The position numbers were made by a program, and so were the translations under genes. Source: Folioceros fuciformis (lineage: Eukaryota). Taken from it: a DNA stretch of 54,972 nucleotides. The notes below the pieces were generated by a model. It did no database searches. It was not told where the DNA came from and was given only the letters and a program-made list of their open reading frames with translations. The stretch is from the NCBI GenBank assembly GCA_049999805.1, contig JBNGIO010006379.1, positions 856,177 to 911,148 of the forward strand. Reading direction: 5' to 3'. Shown piece after piece: positions 25,539 through 38,103 of this stretch. Position 1 is the stretch's first letter, and the number at the start of each line of letters is the position of its first letter.

Positions 25539-27516
25539 TCATAAGGGTATACCATCCGCCTTGGACACCTCGTCGCAACTCAGAAGGATGCCCTCCACGT
25601 TGGTTGGGAGGAGACACATTCCGATTTGGCAGCCGGTGGGAACAGACTCTGGAGGAACTATCATGAGCACATTGTCCTGACGCTGAACCACACCCAGGAC
25701 TGTCACCGTGCTGCCTTCCTTGATGTAGCTGCACCGACGAGGAGAAAAGAGGTTCAGGGACGAGAAGAGGGCTACAGCATTGGTTGCCTCCCCGAATGGG
25801 AGACAGGCAGGGGCAGAATGAAACGGTGGACGAACATGGAAGGAGAAGGGTTTGGAGAAGAAGGGCATAGCAGACGTTACCCCTCTCTCAGTTGCATGAT
25901 TCGATCGTCGCTTGAGAGGTTTCTTTCCCGAAGCCAGCGCACGAAGTCGGTGGGAAGCTCCTTACTTTGTGGGGAAACATCGATGATGGTGCTCTCCTGC
26001 ACGTAGGGAGTGACTCTGGCTCCGTACCCCGCCTTCACCAAAGCCGTCAGCCCGGACTGGAAGTCGAATATGTAGAAATCCACGACATGCCTCTGCACGT
26101 ACATGACATTGTAGAGAAAGTTGGAGGTGAGGCAACAAGTGCAGGGGGCTTCCTTCCTCCTCCTCCTCCTGTCTGGAGACATTGAGGCAAGAAGGCTGCG
26201 AGCTCGGTTGGTGCACGTACCTCCAGGTGCCGCAATCCCCATGTGAAGAGCCTGTGCTTGTCGTTGGCAGGTTTGGACCTGAAGCGCTTGTACTCGTAGA
26301 GCCCTGTGGATGTGTATATACATCTGTTCACTTTCTGGTAGCCTGACTCCAGAGGCACACTCCCACACCTGACCACCTGCACGGACCGGGGGGAGGAAGC
26401 AACGGTGACAGCACCCGGTTTGAGATGGAGGCACGGCAAAGGAGCTGCATTGTGTGTCATGGTAAGCGCAAGAGCAGACAGAAGCAGAGAGGAAGAAGCT
26501 TCTTTAAGACTTACCCCAGTGACCTTGACGTAATGGCCATCCAGAGCCTTGCCCAGCTCGGCATCGGGGTACTTCATCAGGTACCTGGTGACAGCCGCCT
26601 CGCCCCAGCAGGAATTCCACGTCCACAGCAGCGCCACCAGCAGAAACAGACTGCCCACCACAGCCAGCAGGATGGGACTGTGCACGATTGCCACGAAGTA
26701 CGCCCCCACCCCGAAACCCAAGATGAAGAGCACTACCACGGTGAAGACGATAGGCCTGGGGAAATTCCTCATGAAAGAAGGGCCCCTCTCGTAGCCCAGA
26801 TTGTTGATGGCGTGGCCGCTGGTGATGAGAATCTTGGAGGAGGCAGAAGAGTCGAGCGGGCCTGACGCCCGCTTGGGCGCCGGGGCGGAGCCCGAGAGCG
26901 GGCCGGAGCTCTTGTGAATGAGACCCGAGGTGGAGAGCGGGCCGGAGGTGATGAGCCCAGTGGGCGGCAGAGACGGGGGATTCAGCGGACCGGAGGTCTT
27001 GAGCGGCGGGCCGGACTGCTTTCCAGGATCGGGGCCCTTCACCATGGGCCCGCTCTTGGGGCGAGCGGGCGGCGGGGGAGCTCCTGCGAGCGGCCCAGAC
27101 TTGGAGCCCACAGCCCCCTGCTGTCCCTGCCCCTGCACCTGAAGCCCCGAGTGCGAAAGAGAGCCGGACTTGGAGCCCACGGAATTCTGGCGCGCGATGC
27201 CCGCTGCCGAGGAGAGCGGGCCGGACGTGGAGAAGGCGGACCTGGGCCCCGATATGGGCCCTGAGTGCGCGCCCACAGCGCCAGAAATCGGGCCCGATTT
27301 CCTCTTCACGATAGGGTTGTCCACAGGGATGTCGAACATCTTCCCCAGCTCCCCGGATTTCTTGATGTCCCCTCCTGTATACGGCATTGCCCCCGATGTG
27401 GAGAGCGTGGCCTTCTCCTTGTACTGGTCGGGGTGGCCCGAGACGTAGAGCCCGTTGCTGAGCTGGTGGGAGGGGAATCTGGTGCTCCCCGCATTGTTCA
27501 TGCTGTTGCTGCCCAT
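25539..27516 (-). CDS. SHOU4/SHOU4-like membrane protein (At1g78880/At1g16860 family); exons 26515-27516, 26221-26376, 25881-26092, 25539-25728
   Basis: RFPSHQLSNGLYVSG, MPYTGGDIKKSGELGKMFDIP, SGP[LIM] repeats, two TM helices, VKVTGVVRCGSVPLES, VVDFYIFDFQSG and YIKEGSTVTVLGVV. Confidence 0.88.
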
Positions 27517-27779
27517 TCTCGGCGATGATCAGAATTCGCTCCCCCTACTTCCTGAGCTTGAAAAGCCAATTGGGCGCTCCCCAATGCCCCGCAAGAAAGG
27601 AGGGACGGTCGGAACAAGGAAGCTCTGGCAATGTGGGAGCAAGCGAGAGCAAGGGAGGGGAAGGGAAGGGCAGGAGGGGAAGGAGAAAGCCGGAAGGCGT
27701 CAGAGTGGGGGGCGCAGCATGTTGGTGGTCCGCCTAGGGGGCAGGCAGCAGCAGAGCGGGGGAGGCGGGAGGCAGGAGG

Positions 27780-27782
<3 letters not shown>

Positions 27783-27821
<39 letters not shown>

Positions 27822-28700
27822 GCGGAGAGATCAAGAGCTCGGGAGTGGAGAGACAGTGAAGAGGCAGAGGAGGAGGAGAGGGGGAGTGCGCCCGGACCGG
27901 ACCCCAGGCCAGCCCAGCAGGAGGAGGAGCAGCAGGAGCAGGAGCAGGAGCAGGAGCGGGGTAGCAATCTGTCAACGTCGCCCAGCGCCCGGACTGGGGG
28001 TCCTGCTCCCAGCTGCAGCTGCAGCGGGCAGGATAGGCCACGCCACGCCACGCCACGCTGCTGCACACCGGTCCGGACCGGACTGGCGCACTGCTGGGCA
28101 GCGCAGCGCAGAGCCCTGGAACGGGAGCAGTGCTGAGCAGAGGAGAGCAGTGCAGTGCAGTGCAGTCCTGCTGAAAGAGCTAGACCAGCTGCCTGCCTGC
28201 CTTGGCTTGCCTTCCTCACCTCAAAGCACGCAAGCAAGAGCCTCGCCTCACCTCGCCTCGCCTCGCCTCCCTCCAACCCAGCGAGCGTGCAAGCGCAGCG
28301 CGCGGGCAGGAAGGCAAGGAGGGAGGGCAGAGCGGGGCAGGGCAGGGCAGGGCAGAGCAGAGCAGAGCAGGACAGGGCAGGGCAGCCAAGACAACGGGCA
28401 AAGGCACACACACAACACACAACACAGGAGACGGCGAGAGGCAGCGGAGAGAAAGGAGGGAGGCGATGCAGGGCAGGGCAGGGCCAGGCCGGGCCGGGCC
28501 GGGCCACCAGGGTGGCCGCTGCCACTGCCCGCTGCCTGGCTGCCTGGCCCAGCCTCACCCAGCCCAGCCCACCCCGACCTCCTCCTCTCTCTCCTCTCTC
28601 CTCTCTCCTTTCCCCTCCCTCGTCCGCCTCTCTCCCTCCTTCCCTTTCCTTCCCTCGCTTCCATTCCACCTCGCTCGGCTGCACTGCACCGTGCACTCTC
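27783..28700. repeat. Low-complexity block: ~35-nt poly(A), then (GCAGGA)n, (CACGC)n, (CAGTG)n, (CCTCG)n, (GGGCA)n, (CCGGG)n and CT tracts
   Basis: Read directly upstream of the SHOU4-like gene; accounts for the many long spurious ORFs. Confidence 0.85.
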
Positions 28701-30528
28701 TCGCCCCCTCTCTTCGCTGTCTCCAACCCCAGTCGGACTCTCTGCCAACTCGCCACCCTCCTTTTGGACAGTCCTTTCACACACTCTACAATCGCTCTCC
28801 AACTTTTGCTTCCCTCGCCCACCTTTTATTTCATCCACTATCCCTCCTACTCCCACCCCAGCGCACCACTCCGCTTCTTGAAGACTCCATACACATCACA
28901 AAGACAACATAATGCAAAAGCTTCAAAGCCACCATGACTTCTAGTACCACATTCCACCAATGTACTTCGTCCTCACAGTAACACACTGCAAGTTGTCCGA
29001 AAGCATATCTTCATTTCATGCTACAGAGTCCGCTACTAGTTGCACAACCATAGATATTGCCTACACCAACACCCAATCTCAATCCAAGTAAAGGTTACCC
29101 ATCCAATCCCAATCCCAATCCCGGACAGTTGCAGGTTGCCCTCTTGACTCTGACCCTTCAATTCCGTCACACCTCAACGTCCATCTACATCCCTCACAAG
29201 TCCAATCCACTTTAACACAGTCACATCCATCTTGGTCACATCCCTAACGTCCTTGTACAAGTCTTTAGAATTGTTCACATTTGTACGAGCCACCTAGCCA
29301 AGCTTGTCTGTGTCAAGCCTTGGGTGTTTCAAATCGATCACATTCTTGGTACTATGCTTTGTCATAACAACTTTAAGATTGTATGTGTGAAGATCTTCCA
29401 CTGCACCCTGCAGCACCGCCAAACTGTCATTCAACCGTAACGGTTCTTGTGGCCATTGAAGTTCCCGACCATCTGACCGTTTGTTGTCAGGCTCAAGTAG
29501 TTGGGATTATGATCCCTCATCAATCTACGCAATTGTGGTCGTGAATTTGTTTCCACCCATCATCAATGGTACTATGAATTCAAACCAGAGTTGTCTTCTT
29601 CCAGTAGTATCAATGGTATGTACCTAAAACTTTCACGTCTAGTCCAAAAACTTAATGCTGCATATCTTGTCCTTTCACGACCACTCCAACGTTCAGTGCT
29701 TCTTTTAAGACTTTGAAATCGTGAAGCACATTACCATCACCAAGTACCATCAAGTTTCGCCTTGCCTAGTATGCTTGAACCATAATAAGAGAGTATTAAG
29801 TTTAGGGTTAGAATTAGGGTTAGGGTTGGTGGAAGGAATAGGGCTCTCATGGAAGAGTGTTGTGAACTCAAATGCGCAAGCTATAATAACCTTTTCTACA
29901 GCGACTTGAGTGGAGTGGAAGGATCTTTTACAGGATGGAAAGAAACCTGATAATTATTAGTAAGGCGTTGAAACATGTAGAAAGAATATACAGGGGGAAT
30001 AAAGATATTATCATGCCCATAAAGGCAGAAATCCCACGTATGAGATACTCTGATGCGGGTTTTAAAATATCGGGGGGCCGTTGTTGGAGACCCCTCCTGC
30101 GGCTACTGCTGCAGACACAGTGGTCGCACGCGCACGACCCGGTGTTGGATAACACGTAAAGCGTAAGCAGAAGTGGGGATAAGGGGCGGTTCCAACAGGG
30201 AGCCGGGCTGTTAACTTTTAATTAAGGTAAGTAAGTACGGCGGCGTAGGACAAGGCAACCGAGGAGATGATGGGCGAACAGGCAGGCAGGCAGCGATGCC
30301 AGCCTGGCCAGGCCGCGGCCACGGCGGCGCCAACCTCCCTTCCGCTCTCGAGGGCCTGGCCGGGCCGGGCCTTGCCTTGCCTTCACTTCTGGCGCATTCC
30401 TCGCGCTCCTTCACGTTCCAGTTCCTCCCTTCGCCGATCCCTGCGCTCCTGTTCCTCCTCCTCCTCCTGCTGCTCCGCTTTCTTGGCCTTCTGCCTCGTA
30501 GCATTGGTGGAAATTTGGAGGGATGCAT

Positions 30529-31522
30529 ATGGCGCCGCCGGCAGCGTCCCGCCTCCCGCGGTTCCTCTTGCTCGCCTTTCTCGTCTTCACGCACTGCCTG
30601 GTAATGTGACAATTTTCTCCTCCTCGCCGTCAGCTTTGGTTTTGCGTGATCATTGCTGCATTTGGATGCTGCTGCTCGAGAATTGTGCTCCAATTTGAGT
30701 GAAGTGCCTCACGTTGTGAAGCTTTTTTGTTGTTGTTGTTGTTGTTAACGTCGGAGGCCGCTGTTTTGTGTCATGCAGACTGTTAGCGCTGAGAGCCTGC
30801 GCGAGGAGTCTCAGGTACTGCTTCTTGTGAGACCTGTCGTGTACGATTTTGTCTTTTGCTGTGACAGTGCAGCCATTGTACGCAATTGTTCTCGTTCTAG
30901 AGGGGGAGGTTTGGAGCAGCTCGAGTGTTTGTTAGTTTCTTCGGCTGCAGAAGAGTTGTGCGTTTTTCGCTTCGTAAGCGAAGGGAACGCTTTTTTGTGT
31001 GGACTGTAATTCAAGGCGTCTGAGTTGTCGTGGCGAACTGGCTCTGTGTTTTTTTGTTTTTTGTCGTCTCTGTGACTACATCTTGTGTTTGAGTTGTCGT
31101 GATTGTCTCTCGTCTTTGCAGATTACAGGTTCGGATGATGATCTTGATGCACCTACTCCGGCGAGAGGCCCGTCAGTGGCACCTACCTTTAGCATCAGTG
31201 AGTACCGCTGAGTCGCAGCGAGAGCACGTGTCAATGGAATGTGCCCGTTCTTTCTTGCTTCTTCTTGCATGAAAGAGTGTAACTTTCTTTTCTTCTCACG
31301 TCCAAGAAAGTCACGTATTGCTGGTGTGTCGCTTGTGCAGACTGTGGCAAGCAGTGTGCTCGCAGGTGTTCGGAAGCATCCAGGCAAAACCGGTGCCTTA
31401 AGTACTGCAACATCTGCTGTTTCAAGTGCAGATGTGTTCCTCCAGGAACGTACGGCAACAAGGAAGTGTGCCCCTGCTACGCCAACCTCAAAAATTCTAA
31501 GGGCACATCAAAATGTCCCTGA
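30529..31522 (+). CDS. GASA/Snakin cysteine-rich secreted peptide (~121 aa); exons 30529-30600, 30779-30814, 31122-31197, 31341-31522
   Basis: Signal peptide [28 protein letters not shown]. Last exon encodes [59 protein letters not shown], with 12 Cys in GASA spacing. All junctions are GT-AG and phase-consistent. Confidence 0.93.
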
Positions 31523-32021
31523 TCCATTCTGTTTTTTAATTAAGCATGTCTGGGGCATCCGATGGACCCAAATTCCGAAACGAGGAGGAAACGTTGCCTA
31601 CCGCACACTCATTTCTGCAAATGACAGGCGGATGACAAACACCTACACGACGCTGTCCTGTACAGGGTAGGAATCGAGATTACAGATAATTTAAGTATGT
31701 ATCATATTATGAGCCTAGTCATTACTGTGCGGATATCAAAACTGTGCCGTTCAGTCCGGCTCCTGGGCAGCTTCAAGTTGCCTTCCACGGTACCACCATC
31801 CCTGGGAGCATAATGAGTCGTGTGACACTCGGTCCAGAAGAGTGCAGTACCCACTTCTCCACAGTCTGAGAGACGGGAAGACTACAGCTGGAATCCGCCC
31901 CAGCTTGGTCCAACTCCGCCCCTGTGACTGTCCTCAGTCCTTGCTCACTCGTTGGCTGGCAACGCTGACTGCAAACAGCGGGAAGGGAAGGGAAGGAAGG
32001 ACATGAGTGCCACCATGTGGG

Positions 32022-33247
32022 CTATCCTGACAGACCGGCCTTCTGCTTGGGCTCCGCCCAGGGCCCTACTGCACTGTCCATGCAGCCTCCCGGGCAATCA
32101 CAGGTGCCTCCCAGGAAGAGAGGCAGGTCCGCTGCATCGACAGCGTCCAACAGGTCATCCAGCCCGTTGCCCTTGTGGATGCGGATTCTCTTCTGGGTTT
32201 GATCGTCGATGAAGGGGCTCAGCATCTCCCACAGCAGCTTGAAGGTAGCCGGGGTGTTGATGATGATGAGCCGGCCCAGGTACTCCGGAAAGTAGGAGGA
32301 AAAGCATTTCGCCAATTTGGGCAGCACCTTCCTCACATGAGAGTTGGTGAAGGTAATCGTGCTCTGCTCATGTTTCCACCACACTCTGTGTCATTGCGGC
32401 AAACCACATGGAGGTGCATGCAAGGGGTCCTCAGGAGCAAGTGTGTGAGGACGAGCAGCTTCAAGGCTGGGTAGGTGGGGTGATGGGAGATGGAGACTCA
32501 CCACACACTTGAGGTCGATGATGACCGTGGCTCTCCCCACGTAATGGCCTGCTGCAGCAGAGCAGGCGGGCAGCTTCACCTCGTGGAGGTCCTCCCACAC
32601 CCACAGAACCCTTTTCAGCAGCCTCTCTTCCGTGGTCTCGCGAAACAGCTCTTGGATCCGCAGCCTGATGCAGGCACTGTTAGCGAGCGCTACAGCTAAG
32701 GGCGGCAGGCTGCTTAATCACAATACGGCCTCCGTTCTGCCAGCAACTTCAAGGGCTTGCCTTGGCAACATGGGACACTTCACACCTTGACAGCAGCTGG
32801 ATGTTGATGGGTCGACCGAGCTTGTCAGTCTTGTGCCAATTTTGAGGCCAGGTTCTGAGAACCCGATCCAGCTCTGGGTACTGAAACGTCTGCATTCGCG
32901 TCAGATATGTGAGAAGCTGAGAAACACCTGCAACCCCGCGGCCTCCGCTACCGGACAAGCACCAGCATGCGAGACGCAAGCCAAGCACGCGTGCGCACAG
33001 CACAGTCGTAGACCTGGAGGAGAGAATCCACGTTGTTGACGCGGCGCCATTGCACAAAATCGCCATACATGGCCAGGGCTTTTCTCAGATCCAGCTGCTT
33101 CGCCCTCAGGAACCTGAGCAACGTCTGGTCGTCTGCTCTGCGAGGGCAATCGTAGCCTCTCGCCATGGTCACCCCTTTGAAGCGTGTCAATAAACTCGCC
33201 TCTTCCGCCGTGATGTCATCCTCGTACATCTCCCTCGCGGGCTGCAT
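32022..33247 (-). CDS. SEC14/CRAL-TRIO lipid transfer protein; exons about 33014-33247, 32786-32889, 32502-32664, 32022-32363 (both termini uncertain)
   Basis: DDQTLLRFLRAKQLDL, WHKTDKLGRPINI, KLPACSAAAG...TVIIDL, YFPEYLGRLIIINTP and LPLFLGGTCDCPGGC. Confidence 0.88.
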
Positions 33248-33858
33248 TCCCGCTCCCCGATCTGCTCCCAGTTTCGCTCCCCGATCTCCCGAAGCTCGTC
33301 CTCCACACCGGACACTCTCACAGACGCAGCCTCCCGCCCAAAGTCTTCAATGCCTTCCAAAACTGCGGACTCCGAGAACGTGAAAATGCAATGCAAGTTG
33401 GGGTAGGGGACGAAACATCGGGCCCGGTGCAACCTGAGAGGAACGGTCACGACCCGCAATTCAGCACCCAGGTGATGGGATGTGGGATGCGGGGAACGCG
33501 AGCTTGCTCGCAGGTAGCACCCGGTGACGTCTGGTCGGCGGGACGTCAATGTTTTGAATGTCATCTCCACCACGTAACGTATATATTTGCAACATGCTGT
33601 ATAAGGAAACGGAAGGAAAGATACGCAGCAGTGTCCAGTGACCTCCAGCCCGTCACCGACAGTTTACCCTTCACAACTCAAGTCCGTACAGTACGTTTAA
33701 TAGGTGGCGGGAACAACCAGCAGCACTCATTCCTGATTCCATGTAATGAGAAGCACTCGATCCGGCCATTTTTCCTTTGCTAAACAACAAAATTTAACTG
33801 CCGACCGCTACCCCGTTACGGGAGAGAGCCGCAAGACCTAGACACCTAGCATGGGACC

Positions 33859-35936
33859 TCAATGATCTCTCCATCTCATCACATGGGAGGAATCCAACTG
33901 GTACTCTTCGCAAATGTTCTCTATTGTCATATCCTCGATTGCCTCGGTTGAAGTCCTTGAAATGTCCACCAGATTCTCCAGTCTCTCTGAAGGGACCAGT
34001 ACCTGTAGAAACAGTCCTCGCATGTGTGAGAGAGGAGACACAAACGTGTCGAGAGGAAGGAAGCGGCAATGATAACAGACACTCACCCAAGGATGGTCCT
34101 CGTTGACAGAACCGTCGTTACCGCCTTGTTCTGATATCGAACCATCGTCTTCGGAAATTTGAGGTTCTACTGAGCCATTGGTTACCAGTGACTGTAACCT
34201 CTTGCTACCCTGTTTCAGAAGGCACCTTCATCAGCAAGGAGAAATAATTAACGCGAATCGTGACACCCAGGAGACAGCAAGACCCTCGGCCGCAGAGTCA
34301 GACCTGGAGAGCTCGCCAATGGGCATGAGCGCGGAAAACATTCCAAAACAGGGGGAGATTCGGCATGGGCAGCACCTGATCCCCACAAACGCATGGTGAG
34401 AAAAAGGAGGGCCCACGTTGCATGTCCTCCAACACATGCACTTCGTTTGCATTTAGTCAGACTCACCCCTAAAATGACGGTGAATGGGAGAAACGCGAAA
34501 GATCCGTACATGAGTCGTTGATGGACAACAGTTCCGCTGTGAACCAAACACCACCCTTCACTAAGCTTGTCAACGGCTTAACATGGCGGACACAATCCAT
34601 GTGTTGACTCTCACCTTTGAGCCACATGCCGTACCCTTCGCCTCACTAATCTTGGGTTCATGCTGCAACAGACCGAACATTCCACAACACTATTTCAGCC
34701 TCTACTCCGTCTCCTTGATATCTGGACTGCCAATCATAAAGCCATGTCCTGAAGGTTTTCAGTCGACCGGTAAGAGGGATAGATAGGCATAATCACAAGT
34801 AGACCGTCAGATGCTCCTCAACTAGTTGCTCTCAAAGCAAGGGACTTGTTCAGTTTGAGCATCCAGCTGCTAACTTCTATCACGAATGTAGCACAGTGCA
34901 TACTATGTTCCTGCAAAAGATTGGCCAGGGGAGAGAAGAGAATGTCACTTACCTACGTGGATAGATTATCTCAATTTTGTGTGTATCTCGGGGAATGGTC
35001 TTCAGAAACGACTCCGATGGTTGAAGTCTGGCAAGCAGCCTCTGCCCTACACTGCAGATAGCAAATCAATATGAACATACGAGTGGCGCTCTCTCGTCCA
35101 CAACGACCCCAAAAGCACTCCAGTAGTTGTGGGGCCATTCTTACAAGTAAAAACCCACGATCAAGCCTACAGCAACGAAAGCAAATTGCGCAGCTCGCTT
35201 CAGCAGCATATTCCTTCACAGTTGCTTACACATACAGGTCCAGGGACATTTTCTAAAGAGCGTCCATCAACAAGATTCGTCCACCTTACTTATATATTCG
35301 ATGTCGTATACTCTTCTCTGGTGCATCCTGCAGTGCAGTCCACTTCTCGTGCATCTGGATAGAAAACATATAACAAAGCTGATACATCCACCCATTCCGA
35401 CGACACAGAACTGTCGTTCAAGCCACATGATGTGCTGAACATCCAAAAGCCCCCTCTCCCTAACACAACTCCGTCCAAAACGATAGACCGAGACAAAAGG
35501 CTTAAACCCTAAACCCCGAAAAATCAACTTTGCAACCAAGAATCCCCAACACTACCAGCCACCATACTCACGGACACCACTAGCTTTCCTGGTCAGTAAT
35601 CCTTCCAGCACATCGTTCCAAGTACACGAAATCAATCCGCAGCCAATCCAAAATCGCAGCCGCATCACACAAATCCTCTCACGCATGGGGAATGGCACTC
35701 TGTAATCACTCATATCAATCCTACGAATCCTTGCCTAACACCCAAACACTTGCCTTGTCCGACACAAAATGCGTGGCCAGCTCCAGCCTGTCGCCAAAAT
35801 TATCTATCCCCCTCATCTGCTGCACCAGCTGCCCCAACGAAGTGGCCTGCTCCTTCCCGAGCCCCGCAGCTTGCGCCACGGCGCTGAAGGCCCACTTCCG
35901 GCCATTAACAGGGAACACGACGATACGAGTCGTCAT
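33859..35936 (-). CDS. At1g53760-like 'K+/H+ exchange-like' protein, probably mitochondrial; 8 exons
   Basis: Exons give MTTRIVVFPVNGRKWAF, MHEKWTALQDAPEKS, LLARLQPSESFLKTIP, MNPRLVRRRVRHVA, LPFTVILG, VLPMPNLPLFWNVFRAHAHWRALQ, GSKRL and VLVPSERL...ICEEYQLD. Intron 1 appears to be GC-AG. Confidence 0.82.
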
Positions 35937-36777
35937 CCTCCTCCTCCTCTGCACTGCGGCAGTCACTCCATCCTACCGCTATCCCACCAGAATCTCATCC
36001 ATCTGTCCTCCTCCAGAGCGTCGCCAGCCTGCTGATGGATCTATTCCAGTGGATCCCGATTCTCCCAGCATCAAGCTGGAGCTCGCATTTCGCAGCGTCT
36101 CCCGATAATCGAACGCAATTAAGCCCGTAACCCGCTTTCAATCGCCTCCTGCCACTTAAGCAGCTTTATGCTCAGTTGATAGATACAACAACGAGATGCA
36201 CAGCGCATCGGTGCTGGGCCACGTCCATACCAGCATACCGCTTACGCGTGGTCGCACGAAGTCCGACGGGCAGCTCCACTCTGCCCGGTGCCTTCTGCCC
36301 GTCACTCACTTGCCCGCGCTGCCCCTGCCCGCTGCCCGCTGCCCGCCGCCCCTGCCCGCGAAGCTCAAACCTGGTCGGTGTCATTGGCCGGTCGCCGCCC
36401 GCGTCCCCAGTCCCCACCTGAGTTCTCACCGGTTTATACGTCACAGGAATATGTACACAAATTGTTGATGTAAGCATTGAAATTTTTTGCCCGCGGTGGA
36501 AGGATCTCTTGCACCGTCCAATATACTTTAGGACTGTCAAGTTCGCAGATCTTGGTTTGCCAGTGGGCGTGCAATTCATTTTGGAATTTTTTTTGAGGTA
36601 TAATATAAGTTTTTATTGTCCAATGACAAGCATTTTAATCAGGACAATGAAAACTTCTCATGCTATTGGGGTTGAAATAGAGTTGAAGTTGATGCTAGCT
36701 TCCAAGAGACTATTAATTCTCTTCACCCACAATCATTGGCACTTCCTTCTAGGGAGATTATGAACGCCCTTTATTTG

Positions 36778-36810
36778 CAAACCCTAAACACTAAACCCTA
36801 AACACTAAAC
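36778..36810. repeat. Short interstitial telomere-like repeat (AAACCCT/AAACACT)
   Basis: AAACCCTAAACACTAAACCCTAAACACTAAAC; similar motifs near 29800-29826 and 37183-37204. Confidence 0.6.
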
Positions 36811-38054
36811 TTGTGCGCACTAGTTTGCTCCTAGCATAAACTTTTGTGTGACAATTGGTTCTTAATATGGACCTGTAAATGCTACTTGGCTTTTAACTCA
36901 CACTTTTAGATACTAGTAAATTGATTTAAAGGCTCCTAAACGTGGGGAGAGTAAAAAGATCATGAAACCCTAGAATTTGAATCCTTAAATCCTTTATCAG
37001 CCGTTTTTAAAGGTGTTTAAGGTCACTACAACATCTTCAATGCCTCCATAATGTAATTCAAAAGGCGGAGGAAGAGATAGAGAGAAATAGCACCCCTAAT
37101 TCTTTGGTATTACATGTGATTACTTTCATATAAACCCAAGATAATTATTGACAAACACCTATAAATTTGTCTAAAAAAATGGATTAGGGTTTAACCCTAA
37201 ACCCAAGAACTAATAATCCTATATTGTATAATGTATCATAATCCTAATCCCTTACAACTAATCATACTTTCACCACCACCTTAAAGAACTTTTTGTTGAA
37301 ATAAGATGAAAGAAAAGAAGTTGTTGGGTAGATGGGTCAAGTGGAAATGAGATAGGCTCTCTAAGAGAAGTGCTTGTTTACTTATTTAGGGCACATGCTT
37401 ATGTTCACATGACTTGTATCAAAGACTAGCTTGTGTTACTCCTTGATTCCCAAATTGTCTTGCATTTGTCTACTAAGAACTCGTACAAGGAGCACACAAG
37501 CACACTGAGAACACTCCAAAGTTTCCATTGCTGCTTGCATTGGGAAGAGCTCATATAGTAGTTCATACAAAAGACAGAGAAAATATCACAGTCCACATGC
37601 TTCTTCATACACTCTCTTGCATAGGCAAACAACTTAGAAGATGTGTACACTGTAAGCTATAGCCCAATGCTAAGGGAGAAGGCCACGTTACTCAAGTTTG
37701 GAGAAGAGGACATAAACTCATACCTTTCACCTATTGTACTTACTATTGAGTATGAAAATTGAATTGTCTTGCACATTCACTTCCATGCTCTAACATACAT
37801 CAACGATCTTGGAGTAGGTACACAACTACATAAGGTTGCGGTGCCACTTATTTAATGCCCTTCAAGCTCCTCAAAACTACAAAGAAAAAATCGATATGCC
37901 AACGAGGGACTGTATGCATGTCGACAATCTGCTGATAATTCGAGTAAAAGACAATCGTGCTACGATTCTGCTCGGGCCTGAAATCATATGGCGACGCTCG
38001 TCTTTATTCTAATTAAGCTGTTCCGGACTAAGAACCAAATACTGTGAAACACGC

Positions 38055-38060
38055 GGCCCA
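38055..38060 (+). promoter_or_regulatory. Site II-like motif GGCCCA upstream of the complex I gene
   Basis: Lies about 45 nt before the ATG. Site II (TCP) elements are common in plant nuclear respiratory genes. A single 6-mer, so weak. Confidence 0.3.
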
Positions 38061-38103
38061 TAATTACTCCTTGCGTCCTTGGGCGAGGATCGTAGTGGGA
38101 GCC

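Noticed and set aside
27631-28937. Long overlapping ORFs (416, 362, 260 aa)
   Set aside because: Products of GC-rich microsatellites and poly(A), with low-complexity translations on both strands.
29380-29560. Possible BTB/POZ remnant (MGGNKFTTTIA*) on the minus strand
   Set aside because: Only one short motif interrupted by stops; not supportable without a search.
34960-35000. Suspected frameshift in exon 3 of the At1g53760-like gene
   Set aside because: On re-reading, the frame is intact (TIPRDTHKIEIIYPR).
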